From NCBI GenBank assembly GCA_965222375.1, contig CBDCTZ010000016.1, forward strand, positions 2,976,001-3,040,000: a DNA stretch of 64,000 nt, given 5' to 3'. Source of the stretch: Polyangiaceae bacterium. Lineage in GTDB: Bacteria; Myxococcota_A; Polyangia; Polyangiales; Polyangiaceae. Below the pieces are notes generated by a model. The model was not told the origin of the DNA, made no database searches, and saw only the letters and a list, made by a program, of their open reading frames with translations. A program made the translations under genes and the position numbers. Within the stretch, counting starts at the first letter, position 1. Every line of letters begins with the position of its first letter. This document shows positions 9,013 to 19,641 of this stretch, in pieces.

Positions 9013-12000
9013 CCCTCCGTCGACTCGTCGGATAGCGCAACTGTCTTGTAGCCCTCGAGGCGAAGATGCACTTTTCCGGACGCATCCACGATTCGGGCGT
9101 CGAAGGCCCCACTCTCCGCGGGCGTTACGCGCGCATAAAGGCCGCTGACCCCATTGTCGGGTGCGCCACCGAGGATCACCCGGCCGATCTTCCAGGGTAG
9201 CGCCATCCTCCCGCTCTGGTTCCGTTCCCAAATCCCGGCGGTCTGGAAACACAACTCGATCCAGCGAGGACTGGCCAGGGTTGGGCTCGCTGCGGGCTCG
9301 TGGTTTGGTGGAAGCGCATTGGCCCAGCGCCCGAGGGCCTGCTCTCCTTCTAGCCAGAGTCGGTCGAGAACCTGATAGGCCGGCCCGTGGAAATAGAAGT
9401 CGTAGATGTTGGCCGACTCCACGGCTTCGGCGTTGGGCTCTTCCGGCGCTTCCTCGACCGCCACCTCGGTTGCGTCAATGGGGACCATTCGAACGTCGGC
9501 AACGAAATGAGTCGTCACCTGCGGTTCCTCATGCATCGGCAATTTGCGGGACCCCGTGAGCTTGCATTGCACGATGACTTCGTCACCGACGACATAGGGA
9601 AGTGCGTGCAACGTCAGCGTCCGCGGCTCCGAGCGGTACAACTTGAAGGGAGCCAAGAACTGAACGCCCTCGACGGCTCGGACCCGAAGGTCTGGGGCGA
9701 CGAGTTTGGCGAGTTCGGCGAACGCCTCGATGCCCATCACGCCGGGAAGTACCGGCGTGCCGTCGATGCGGTGGTCGTTCAAGAAAGGCTGTGAGGCTTC
9801 CAAGTCGGTTTCGACCTGAAGACCACTGTAGGGGCCCATGGACGTCACCCGGCCGAGCATCGGCCCGTCGCGTTCCGCGTCGAGCGGTCTGGCGGCGGCC
9901 CCTCCCGCCTCGGCCCGCTCGGCCAAAAGGGCGCCGAGTTCTAAGGCGACCACGAGTTCGGCTCGTGTGCCGGCGGTGAGTTCATTTCGTATCACGGGGA
10001 TACCCAGCTCCGGTGGCAACATGCCGATACCAGCCATCTCCATCATCTTTGGAATCGACCCGCGGGCTGCCATGCCGATGTCGGCCCAGGCGGTCCAGTC
10101 CAGAGCAATGCCGAGGGTCTCGGGCCGCGACGAGCGAAAGTTCGACACCATCTTGCAAAGCAGATCGTTCGCTGCGCTGTAGTCGGTTTGTCCTCCGTTG
10201 CCGAAGCGACCCGCGATTGAGCTGAATACGACAGCGGCGCGGAGAGGCATGTCTCCGATTGCGCTCAGCAAGTTGAACCAGCCATCTGCCTTGACATCGA
10301 AGACCAGCTCGAACTGCTCGTCGGGTTTGTCCGACAGGTTTCGGCTGATTTCCAGACCGGCGGCATGCAGCAGCACATCAACCCGTTGGTGGTCAGCGCG
10401 CACTCGGTCGATCGCAGCGGATACGGCGTTCGAATCTCGGAGATCCACCTGGTGATACACCGCTCGGCCACCGGCTTCTTCAACCGCGAGCATCGCATCG
10501 AGCGCGGATCTAGCGCGTTCAATGCTAGCGAGTTGTTTTTCGACCGCCGCAGGTGTGGCGCGCTCCCCAGCCGCTTTCATGCGTTCGAATAGGTCGCGTT
10601 TGAGCCCATCGCGATCTGACTGGAACCTGGAAAGGTCTGCATCGTTTCGGTCTGGCTCGGGGGCGAGGTCGAGCAGATGGAACGTCCCGCCCGAAGCCGC
10701 CGCTAGGTCCTTGGTAATCGCTGACACGATGCTGCCAGCAGCGCCGGTGACGATGAAAACGGTGTCGTTGCCGAGCGCCAGACCACCGCCGGGTGCAGCC
10801 GCGCCGTGCTCTAGAAGAGTAACCGAATAGCGCCGGCTTCCTTGTCGGCCTATTTCCATCGCCCCTGGGTCGTACAGGGTTTCGTCGATTAGGGCACCGG
10901 CGACGGCCTCTCTGTCGGCGTCGGATTCCACGTCAACGACCTTGACCAGAGCAGCGTCACGCTCACGGCCTAGTGCTTTCGTGAAGCCACTGACTGCGCC
11001 GCCCATGGGCGATTGTGCCCCTCCGGCGTCATAGCCGTGTCGGCCTCCCATCCGGGTCGCGGAAACGAAGAAGCGGCCTGAGCTCTCGAGTTGGTCATAG
11101 ACAGCGCGCGCAGTGGTCGCCAGGAGCTTCACCCTGAGCCGCAGCTCTTCGCGCCAACGAGGCAGGTCCAGTTCGCCGATGGGCGGTTCTGCATCTGCGC
11201 CAGCCAACCAGTAGACGCCGGTGACGGGGCCGGCCGCCGCATAATCGGCCAGGCGTTGTTCGAGTTCCTCTGCTGAGGGCGCCCCTTCGACCAGGAGCGT
11301 GTCGACGCCGCGCCCGCGTAACCGCTCGACCAGCGCGGTGCCGACTCCACCGCGGTCGAGCATGACGACAACCCGGCTGCCTTGGGCGAGTTCAATGCCG
11401 GTGGGGTTGCATGCGTCGAGGGTTGGCCGCAGCGTGGCCACTGCCTCTCGCCTCGGGAGGGTCTTGGCTCCTGCGGTCTTCGCCGCGGCCTCGGGTGCGG
11501 CAGCCACCGCACTGCGTTCGCTCGTCGCTCCCAGATCGGGTTTCCGGTCAAAGACGAACTGAACGACGTGGGCGAGGGTGGGGAAGTCGCGGAGCTTGAG
11601 GTTTTCTTCTCGTGGGATGTCGTAGGCTTCCCGCACGGCCGCAAAGGTTTCCGCTTGTTTGACCGTATCGATTCCGAGGTCTGCTTCTAGGTCGAGGTCC
11701 ATGTCGAGCATGTCCGGCGGGTAGCCGGTTTGTGCCGCGACTATCTCCAATACGCGGGTTTGCACGGGGTTGCCCTCGCCCTGGCCCGTCGAAGATGCTT
11801 CAGGGGCTGCGGTGGGTTCGGACGCCGCCGCCTGCAAGTCGGGCTTGCGGTCGAAGACGAACTGAACGACGTGGGCGAGGGTGGGGAAGTCGCGGAGCTT
11901 GAGATTCTCTTCTCGTGGGATGTCGTAGGCTTCCCGCACGGCCGCGAAGGTTTCCGCTTGTTTGACCGTATCGATTCCGAGGTCTGCTTCTAGGTCGAGG

Positions 12001-15000
12001 TCCATGTCGAGCATGTCCGGCGGGTAGCCGGTTTGTGCCGCGACTATCTCCAGCACTCGAGCTTGAACGGGATCAACGGCCTGCGCAGCGGGTGCAGACG
12101 TTGCGGCGGGCGCAGCCGGCGAAGTTGCGGTCGCCGCGGCCGTCTGCGAACGCAGATCTGGCTTGCGGTCGAAAACGAATTGCACGACGTGGGCGAGGGT
12201 GGGGAAGTCGCGGAGCTTGAGATTCTCTTCTCGTGGGATGTCGTAGGCTTCGCGAACGGCCGCGAAGGTTTCCGCTTGTTTGACCGTGTCGATGCCGAGA
12301 TCGGCCTCCAGATCGAGATCCATGTCCAACATGTCTGGCGGGTAGCCGGTCTGTGTTGCGACAATCTCCAGCACCCGGGCCTGTACGGGGTCGACGCTGT
12401 CAGCAGCCGCTGCGGGCGCGGGTGTTGCTACGGGCGCTGCCGTCGAAGCAGTGGTCGCCTGGGGTGCCTGTGATCGCAGTTCGGGCTTGCGGTCGAAGAC
12501 GAATTGAACGACGTGGGCCAGGGTCGGGAAGTCTCGCAGTTTGAGGTTTTCTTCCCGCGGGATGTCATAGGCCTCACGCACGGCGGCGAAGGTCTCCGCC
12601 TGTTTGACCGTGTCGATTCCCAGATCGGCTTCCAAGTCGAGGTCCATGTCCAACATGTCTGGGGGATACCCAGTTTGCTGAGCCACTATCTCGAGTACGC
12701 GTGCCTGAACGGGATCCACGGTCGGCGCGGTCGGCGCAGGTGCAGGTGCGGGTGCGGGTAGTGCAGCTGCGGCGGGCGGCGCCGGTGCGACGGGCCTGGG
12801 AGCGGCCGGAGCGGCGGGCTGCGTCGTAGGTGCCAGCCGTGGCGTCACCCGCACAGGAGGCTTGGCCGGCGTTACTCGGTCGAGATCGCGGGTGGCTGGG
12901 CCCCGGTCAGCGATCTTCAGAGTTCGCTTGTCTTCGATCAGTTCCGGTGAGGCGTCACCGCTGACTCGCGCCAGCCAGGCTTGCCAGGTTGCGTCATCGT
13001 GGATGCGGTAGCGATAGCCCAGTGAATCCGGCTCAGGGTGTCCGCCTCCGGGTGGCGGAACGCGGCGCATCAGCGTCATGCTGATTTGGGATCCGAAGCC
13101 GGCGCCCAAGCGCAGGGCATAGCGTACCGGGTAGTTGCCACCCTTCGACAGGTTGAGTTGCCCGAGTTCTGGATCTACCTCCGAGTAATTGGCCACGGGG
13201 GGGACGACCGACGTTTCTAGCGCCTTGATGGCGACGACATCTTCGATACCAACTCCCATGGGGTGGCCCGTGAATCCCTTGGTATTCGCAATGACCACCT
13301 CGTCTGCGTTCTTGCCAAACACGCTTCGCAAAGCGTGGATTTCGGCGCTTGCGCTGCCACCGCGAGCCGGCGTGTAGGTCTCGTGAGAAACGAACATGAG
13401 CTCCCGCGCCATTTCGGAGCGGGACACGCCGGTCACCGCTTCCGCCTGGCTGACCAGGTTCTCCATCACGCCGCAAATGTGATTGACGTCGAGGCGTGTG
13501 CCGTGGAACGCGCTGTTCGCAGTCGTTGTGGCGAGCACATCGCACAGAGGGGTCAATCCTCGCTGCGCCGTCTCCGACTCGGCCTCAACCACCACAGCGG
13601 CTGCACCCATCCCCAAGAGCATGCCGTGTCGTCGCTTGTCGAAGGGCAGCGCCGCTTTCTCTACGACGTCATCCGTGGCGGCGGCTCCGGTAATCAGGAA
13701 CCCAGCGCCCATCCACTCGAGCAGGTTGTCGCTCGTGACATCATCCGCCGCCACGATCACGACGCGTCGACAGCGGCCCATTCGGATCCAGTCTTCCGCA
13801 ATTGCTACTGCCTGAGTGGTGCTCGCGCAGGCTGCGTTGACCTGAGTGTTCGGCCCCCGCGCGCCAATGAACTCAGCGAACTGCGAGTGCCCCATGGACA
13901 GGATGCGAAACAGGTAGCGGCGGTCGAAAGTGAAACCACTCTTTTCGAGTTCATGCTCGAGTTCGTGGGTCCGTCGCTCCAGCTCCTCCACCAGCGCAGG
14001 CTCGCTGCCGCTGGATAGCTTTGATCGCAGCGCGGCGATCAGATCGAGCTGCTCGTGGGCAGCTCGATCCTGGTGATAGCGCGCCATGTCCGCGGCGAAC
14101 TCATCGTACCCGGGAAACGCGGATGCGAAGACCACGCCAGTCTCGTCGCGGAGCTCCTCGGGCAGGATCCAGCGCTCGGGTAGATAGCTGCCTGTGGTCG
14201 TCTTCTTGTAGTGCATCACCAGTGGGATGCCGGCATCGCGCAGTGCGTCCAGCCCGGCTGCCATTGCCAGCTGAGTGGCTCTCCCGAGAGCGGGCGTCCG
14301 GTCATTGCTGACTCCGAACTCGCTCTCGAGATCGAACTCCTTGGCGCGGGCCGCGAGTCGAATCACGTCGTCTTGGTCATCGATCTTCTCGAAGCTCGCC
14401 CCGCGCTCTTCGCTCTTGACCAGCCGGGTGATGTGCTTGTCGAGCATGGCCTGGCGGAACTTCGATGGAATGACATCAATGAACTGCTCGCCGTGGAGAA
14501 TTCGAGAAACGTTTCCGTCGTCGAATACCTTGGGCGCACCTGGCAGGCCCAGTGCCGCTCCTGAGACCACCACGGGCTCTGTCGAGCCGCCACCGACACC
14601 CAGTAGAGACGCGCCCCGCTGTACGAACTCCTCGAACAAGTGCCCAAGCTGTTGGTATCGGTCCCCAGCACCCGCGAAGTTCGCGGCCTGCTGCGTGTAC
14701 TGGGGAGCTGGCGCCGGCTGCGGGTTCGCCGTGGGTGGTACGCCACTACTGCGGACTTCCGGGGCGGGAGCCGATGCTCGAGAGTCTTGTGCCTGGACTC
14801 CAGCCGCCCACATGCCACACAGCGCACGCGTGAAGCCTTCCACATCCGTGAACTTCGGGTGGTTGGTGAACAGGGACTCGAAGTCCCGACCCCGGAGCAC
14901 ATCGTCAACCATGCCCTGAAGGGCCCGTTTTGGTCCGACCTCAACGAACAGTCGTGCGCCGGCGGCGTACAGTGTTTCGAGTCCTTTGACGAACTGTACG

Positions 15001-17612
15001 GGCGCTGCAACCTGCCGCCCGAGCAACTCGATCATCTCGCCCTGGCTGCCTTCTGCGTCTGCGTGGAACTCGCCGGTGACATTCGAGATGATCGGGGTCT
15101 TCGGCACGGTTAAGTCCATCCGCCGCAGTACCACTTTCAAGGGTTCGCTGGCCGGCGCGACGATCTCCGAGTGAAACGCGTGACTGACGTTGAGGCGGAT
15201 GGCGTTGTAGCCAGCTTCTTCGACGGCACGGATGGCGCTCTCTACGGCCGCGGTCGCGCCGCCGATGACGCTCTGATGATGGCTGTTGATGTTTGCGATG
15301 ACGACGTAGCCGTCTATGCCGTCTAGAATCTTCTGCACTTCGTCCGTGGGCGCAGCCACGGCGGCAAGGATCCCGTTGTCCTCCACGGTCAGCTCCGCCA
15401 TTTCGCGTCCGCGGGCGCTCACCACTTCGAGGGCGCTCTGGAACGTGAGGGATCCGGCGGCTACTAGCGCCCCGTACTCGCCGAGGCTGTGACCCATGAC
15501 GAGATCTGGCTTGAGTCCGTGGTCGGCGAGAAGTCGAGTGAGTGCCACGTCTGCGGTAAGCACCGCAGGTTGAGTGATCTCGGTGCGTCGCAGTGCGGCC
15601 TCGGCGGCCGCTTTCTGTTCCTTCGACGCGTCATTCGCGACGAAGATGATGTCAGTCAGGTGCTTGCCAATGAGCGGCTCCATGACCCGGTCCGCCTCCG
15701 CGAATGTCTCACGCACGACGGGTTCGACCTCGGCGAGATGATGAAGCATGTTCGCGTACTGAGAGCCCTGGCCCGGGTAGAGGAAGGCGACCTTGCCGGG
15801 CTTTCCGCTACCGCGGAACACGCCGCGTCCTCGGAGCAACTGCCAGCCCTTGGGTTCGTCCTTCGCGAGGGCCTTCAGGGCGCGTTGAGTCTTGTCAGCC
15901 AAATCCGTCGCGTCGTGAAACTCGATCGCAAGCCGTTCTTTTGCGCCTACGGACTCTCGAGAAGGCGCGGCTGGCATGGGCGCATGGTTCGAGGCGGCCT
16001 GCTCGTGCAGCCGTCGGAGTTGGCTTTCGAGCTCATTCCGGGAGCCCGCTCCGAGCACCACCGTGCTGCTCGCGGGCGTCTTGCCCGGACCGGCCTTATG
16101 AGGTCGGAGCGCCGCGCCGCCGACTGGAGCTGTCGCGGGTACGGACGTCTGGCTGCGCCCGCGGCGATCCGTGAGTAGACCTGGCACGTGCTCTTCGAGC
16201 ACGCAGTGGAAGTTCGTGCCTCCGAAACCAAACGCGCTCACCCCCGCCCGACGAATACCGTCGCCATTGCCGTTGGGCTTGGGCCAATCTCGGTACTCCG
16301 TGTTTACGGCGAAGGGGATCTTGCCGAACGGGATGTTTGGGTTGGGTGCGTTGAAGCTCAGGCTCGGGACGAGCTTCTTTTCGTGCAGGCACAGCGTGGC
16401 CTTGAGTAGGCCGGCCGCGCCTGCTGCAGCCTTGAGATGGCCGATGTTCGACTTCACCGAGCCCAGAGGGACTGAGCCCGTCGCGAGCCCGGCCTTGCCG
16501 AAGACCTCGGCGAGACTCTGTACTTCGACGACGTCGCCCACTTTGGTGGAGGTGCCATGGCCTTCGATCATGGACACGCCTGCGGGGCTCACCCCGGCAC
16601 CCTTCCACGCTCGTTCAATGGCAAGCTTCTGCCCCACAGGGTTGGGCGCAGTGATGCCCTTGCCCTTGCCATCACTGGAGCCGCCCACCCCACGCAGTAC
16701 GGCGTAGATCCGATCGCCTGCCTTCTCGGCGTCAGCCAAGCGTTTGAGCAGAAACAGCACGGCGCCCTCCCCCATGACGAAGCCGTCCGCTCCATCTGCG
16801 TAGGGTCGCGTTCCGGTCGCCGAGAGCGCACCGATCTTGCAGAATTTCACGAAGGAGCTCGGGCCCATGTTGCGGTCGATACCGCCCGTGAGTACCGCAT
16901 CGAAATCGTGCTCCGTCAGCCCTTCAACTGCTGCGCTGATGGCTGCCATGGCTGAAGCGCAAGCGGCGTCGACCACGTAGTTGGGACCGCGGAAGTTGAA
17001 GAGATTGGCGATGCGTCCCGCGATGCAGTTCGCCAGCTCACCAGGCATCGTGTCTTCGGTGATGGGCGGAAGCCGCTCGCCGAGCACGCCCTGTAGCTCT
17101 GTTTCGATCTTCTTGCGAAGGGCTGGATCGAGGGAGGCGAAGCTCTCGGTGCTCTCCAGCGCCGCAGCATACTCGGGAAAGAAGATCCGCATCGTAGTGA
17201 GATAGTGTTTCTCACCGGCCATGGCGTTGCCGAGGATGATGGCAGTTCGCTCCAGGTCGAGGGGCCGCTCCGGATATCCGAAGTCGAGCAGCGCCTGGCG
17301 TGTGCAACCAACGGCCCACTTCTGGCCGACGTCCATGGCATCCCCAACCTTCGGAGGCAGCGGCAGCCGCCACCGGAATGGGTCCCATTCGAAATCTCGC
17401 ACCCAGCCACCGATCTTGGAATACGTCTTGTCCGCGGCAGCCTGGGGATCTGGATCAAAGTAGGCGTCCGGATCCCAACGCTCCGGATCTACGTCGGAGA
17501 TCGAATATCGGCCCTGGGAAACGTTCTGCCAGAACGTTTTCGTGTCCGGGGCGTCGGGCAGCACGGTGCCTACTGCGCAAATCGCGATCGCGCGATCAAT
17601 CGGTGTTTCCAT
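9009..17612 (-). CDS. Iterative type I PKS/FAS, PfaA-like: KS-AT-KS-ACPx4-KR-DH
   Basis: KS1 DAACAS/HGTST/KSNIGH; AT GHSLG/HAFH; KS2 NAACAS/HETYT/KGFTGH; four ACPs LGIDTVKQ; KR TGAAGSI...GQTDYSAAN; DH HRIDGTPVLPG. Confidence 0.93.
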   Translation of the reverse strand: METPIDRAIAICAVGTVLPDAPDTKTFWQNVSQGRYSISDVDPERWDPDAYFDPDPQAAADKTYSKIGGWVRDFEWDPFRWRLPLPPKVGDAMDVGQKWAVGCTRQALLDFGYPERPLDLERTAIILGNAMAGEKHYLTTMRIFFPEYAAALESTESFASLDPALRKKIETELQGVLGERLPPITEDTMPGELANCIAGRIANLFNFRGPNYVVDAACASAMAAISAAVEGLTEHDFDAVLTGGIDRNMGPSSFVKFCKIGALSATGTRPYADGADGFVMGEGAVLFLLKRLADAEKAGDRIYAVLRGVGGSSDGKGKGITAPNPVGQKLAIERAWKGAGVSPAGVSMIEGHGTSTKVGDVVEVQSLAEVFGKAGLATGSVPLGSVKSNIGHLKAAAGAAGLLKATLCLHEKKLVPSLSFNAPNPNIPFGKIPFAVNTEYRDWPKPNGNGDGIRRAGVSAFGFGGTNFHCVLEEHVPGLLTDRRGRSQTSVPATAPVGGAALRPHKAGPGKTPASSTVVLGAGSRNELESQLRRLHEQAASNHAPMPAAPSRESVGAKERLAIEFHDATDLADKTQRALKALAKDEPKGWQLLRGRGVFRGSGKPGKVAFLYPGQGSQYANMLHHLAEVEPVVRETFAEADRVMEPLIGKHLTDIIFVANDASKEQKAAAEAALRRTEITQPAVLTADVALTRLLADHGLKPDLVMGHSLGEYGALVAAGSLTFQSALEVVSARGREMAELTVEDNGILAAVAAPTDEVQKILDGIDGYVVIANINSHHQSVIGGATAAVESAIRAVEEAGYNAIRLNVSHAFHSEIVAPASEPLKVVLRRMDLTVPKTPIISNVTGEFHADAEGSQGEMIELLGRQVAAPVQFVKGLETLYAAGARLFVEVGPKRALQGMVDDVLRGRDFESLFTNHPKFTDVEGFTRALCGMWAAGVQAQDSRASAPAPEVRSSGVPPTANPQPAPAPQYTQQAANFAGAGDRYQQLGHLFEEFVQRGASLLGVGGGSTEPVVVSGAALGLPGAPKVFDDGNVSRILHGEQFIDVIPSKFRQAMLDKHITRLVKSEERGASFEKIDDQDDVIRLAARAKEFDLESEFGVSNDRTPALGRATQLAMAAGLDALRDAGIPLVMHYKKTTTGSYLPERWILPEELRDETGVVFASAFPGYDEFAADMARYHQDRAAHEQLDLIAALRSKLSSGSEPALVEELERRTHELEHELEKSGFTFDRRYLFRILSMGHSQFAEFIGARGPNTQVNAACASTTQAVAIAEDWIRMGRCRRVVIVAADDVTSDNLLEWMGAGFLITGAAATDDVVEKAALPFDKRRHGMLLGMGAAAVVVEAESETAQRGLTPLCDVLATTTANSAFHGTRLDVNHICGVMENLVSQAEAVTGVSRSEMARELMFVSHETYTPARGGSASAEIHALRSVFGKNADEVVIANTKGFTGHPMGVGIEDVVAIKALETSVVPPVANYSEVDPELGQLNLSKGGNYPVRYALRLGAGFGSQISMTLMRRVPPPGGGHPEPDSLGYRYRIHDDATWQAWLARVSGDASPELIEDKRTLKIADRGPATRDLDRVTPAKPPVRVTPRLAPTTQPAAPAAPRPVAPAPPAAAALPAPAPAPAPTAPTVDPVQARVLEIVAQQTGYPPDMLDMDLDLEADLGIDTVKQAETFAAVREAYDIPREENLKLRDFPTLAHVVQFVFDRKPELRSQAPQATTASTAAPVATPAPAAAADSVDPVQARVLEIVATQTGYPPDMLDMDLDLEADLGIDTVKQAETFAAVREAYDIPREENLKLRDFPTLAHVVQFVFDRKPDLRSQTAAATATSPAAPAATSAPAAQAVDPVQARVLEIVAAQTGYPPDMLDMDLDLEADLGIDTVKQAETFAAVREAYDIPREENLKLRDFPTLAHVVQFVFDRKPDLQAAASEPTAAPEASSTGQGEGNPVQTRVLEIVAAQTGYPPDMLDMDLDLEADLGIDTVKQAETFAAVREAYDIPREENLKLRDFPTLAHVVQFVFDRKPDLGATSERSAVAAAPEAAAKTAGAKTLPRREAVATLRPTLDACNPTGIELAQGSRVVVMLDRGGVGTALVERLRGRGVDTLLVEGAPSAEELEQRLADYAAAGPVTGVYWLAGADAEPPIGELDLPRWREELRLRVKLLATTARAVYDQLESSGRFFVSATRMGGRHGYDAGGAQSPMGGAVSGFTKALGRERDAALVKVVDVESDADREAVAGALIDETLYDPGAMEIGRQGSRRYSVTLLEHGAAAPGGGLALGNDTVFIVTGAAGSIVSAITKDLAAASGGTFHLLDLAPEPDRNDADLSRFQSDRDGLKRDLFERMKAAGERATPAAVEKQLASIERARSALDAMLAVEEAGGRAVYHQVDLRDSNAVSAAIDRVRADHQRVDVLLHAAGLEISRNLSDKPDEQFELVFDVKADGWFNLLSAIGDMPLRAAVVFSSIAGRFGNGGQTDYSAANDLLCKMVSNFRSSRPETLGIALDWTAWADIGMAARGSIPKMMEMAGIGMLPPELGIPVIRNELTAGTRAELVVALELGALLAERAEAGGAAARPLDAERDGPMLGRVTSMGPYSGLQVETDLEASQPFLNDHRIDGTPVLPGVMGIEAFAELAKLVAPDLRVRAVEGVQFLAPFKLYRSEPRTLTLHALPYVVGDEVIVQCKLTGSRKLPMHEEPQVTTHFVADVRMVPIDATEVAVEEAPEEPNAEAVESANIYDFYFHGPAYQVLDRLWLEGEQALGRWANALPPNHEPAASPTLASPRWIELCFQTAGIWERNQSGRMALPWKIGRVILGGAPDNGVSGLYARVTPAESGAFDARIVDASGKVHLRLEGYKTVALSDESTEG
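11530..12720 (-). repeat. Four tandem ACP-domain repeats with Ala/Pro/Thr-rich linkers
   Basis: Near-identical ~80-aa units. The copies at ~11551-11750 and ~11854-12053 are almost identical at DNA level (offset 303 bp). Confidence 0.95.
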
Positions 17613-17665
17613 CGTCTCTCTCGTCCCTCAGAAAAATGCGGGTTTGCCCCGAAAAATGGCGTCGT

Positions 17666-19327
<1,662 letters not shown>

Positions 19328-19641
19328 TTCTCCCATACCTCCGTGAGTGGCTGAGCCCCCGAGCATAGGTCATGCAGGCGGCGCCGCACTTCGCGATTCT
19401 GTCATTCGCGGGCCGTCGTTGACACGTGCTCGACGTGCTCGGAGGGCGCGAGAAGTCGGCGCAGTTTTCGCGCCCTCCGGAAGCCAGCTGAGGCCGACCT
19501 GAACAGACGTCCTCAGACTCCCAAAGCCGTGTTTTGCTGGCTCGTTCGGAACGCCATCTACGTGTCACATTTGACTGCGCTCACAGCCGCGCAAAGTTGT
19601 CGCGGCGCACGTCAGCCGTCGCGGCAGCGAGCACGGCCAAC

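Noticed and set aside
9013..9252. N-terminal extension of the carboxylase in the ORF track (similarly 21613-21786, 29927-30340, 60343-60768)
   Set aside because: The extensions overlap neighbouring genes or promoters and lack family-like sequence; downstream starts fit RBS or coupling better.
9009..17612. Naming the gene pfaA (canonical PUFA synthase)
   Set aside because: It has an extra KS and Thr-type ACPs, and no pfaB/C/D/E genes are nearby.
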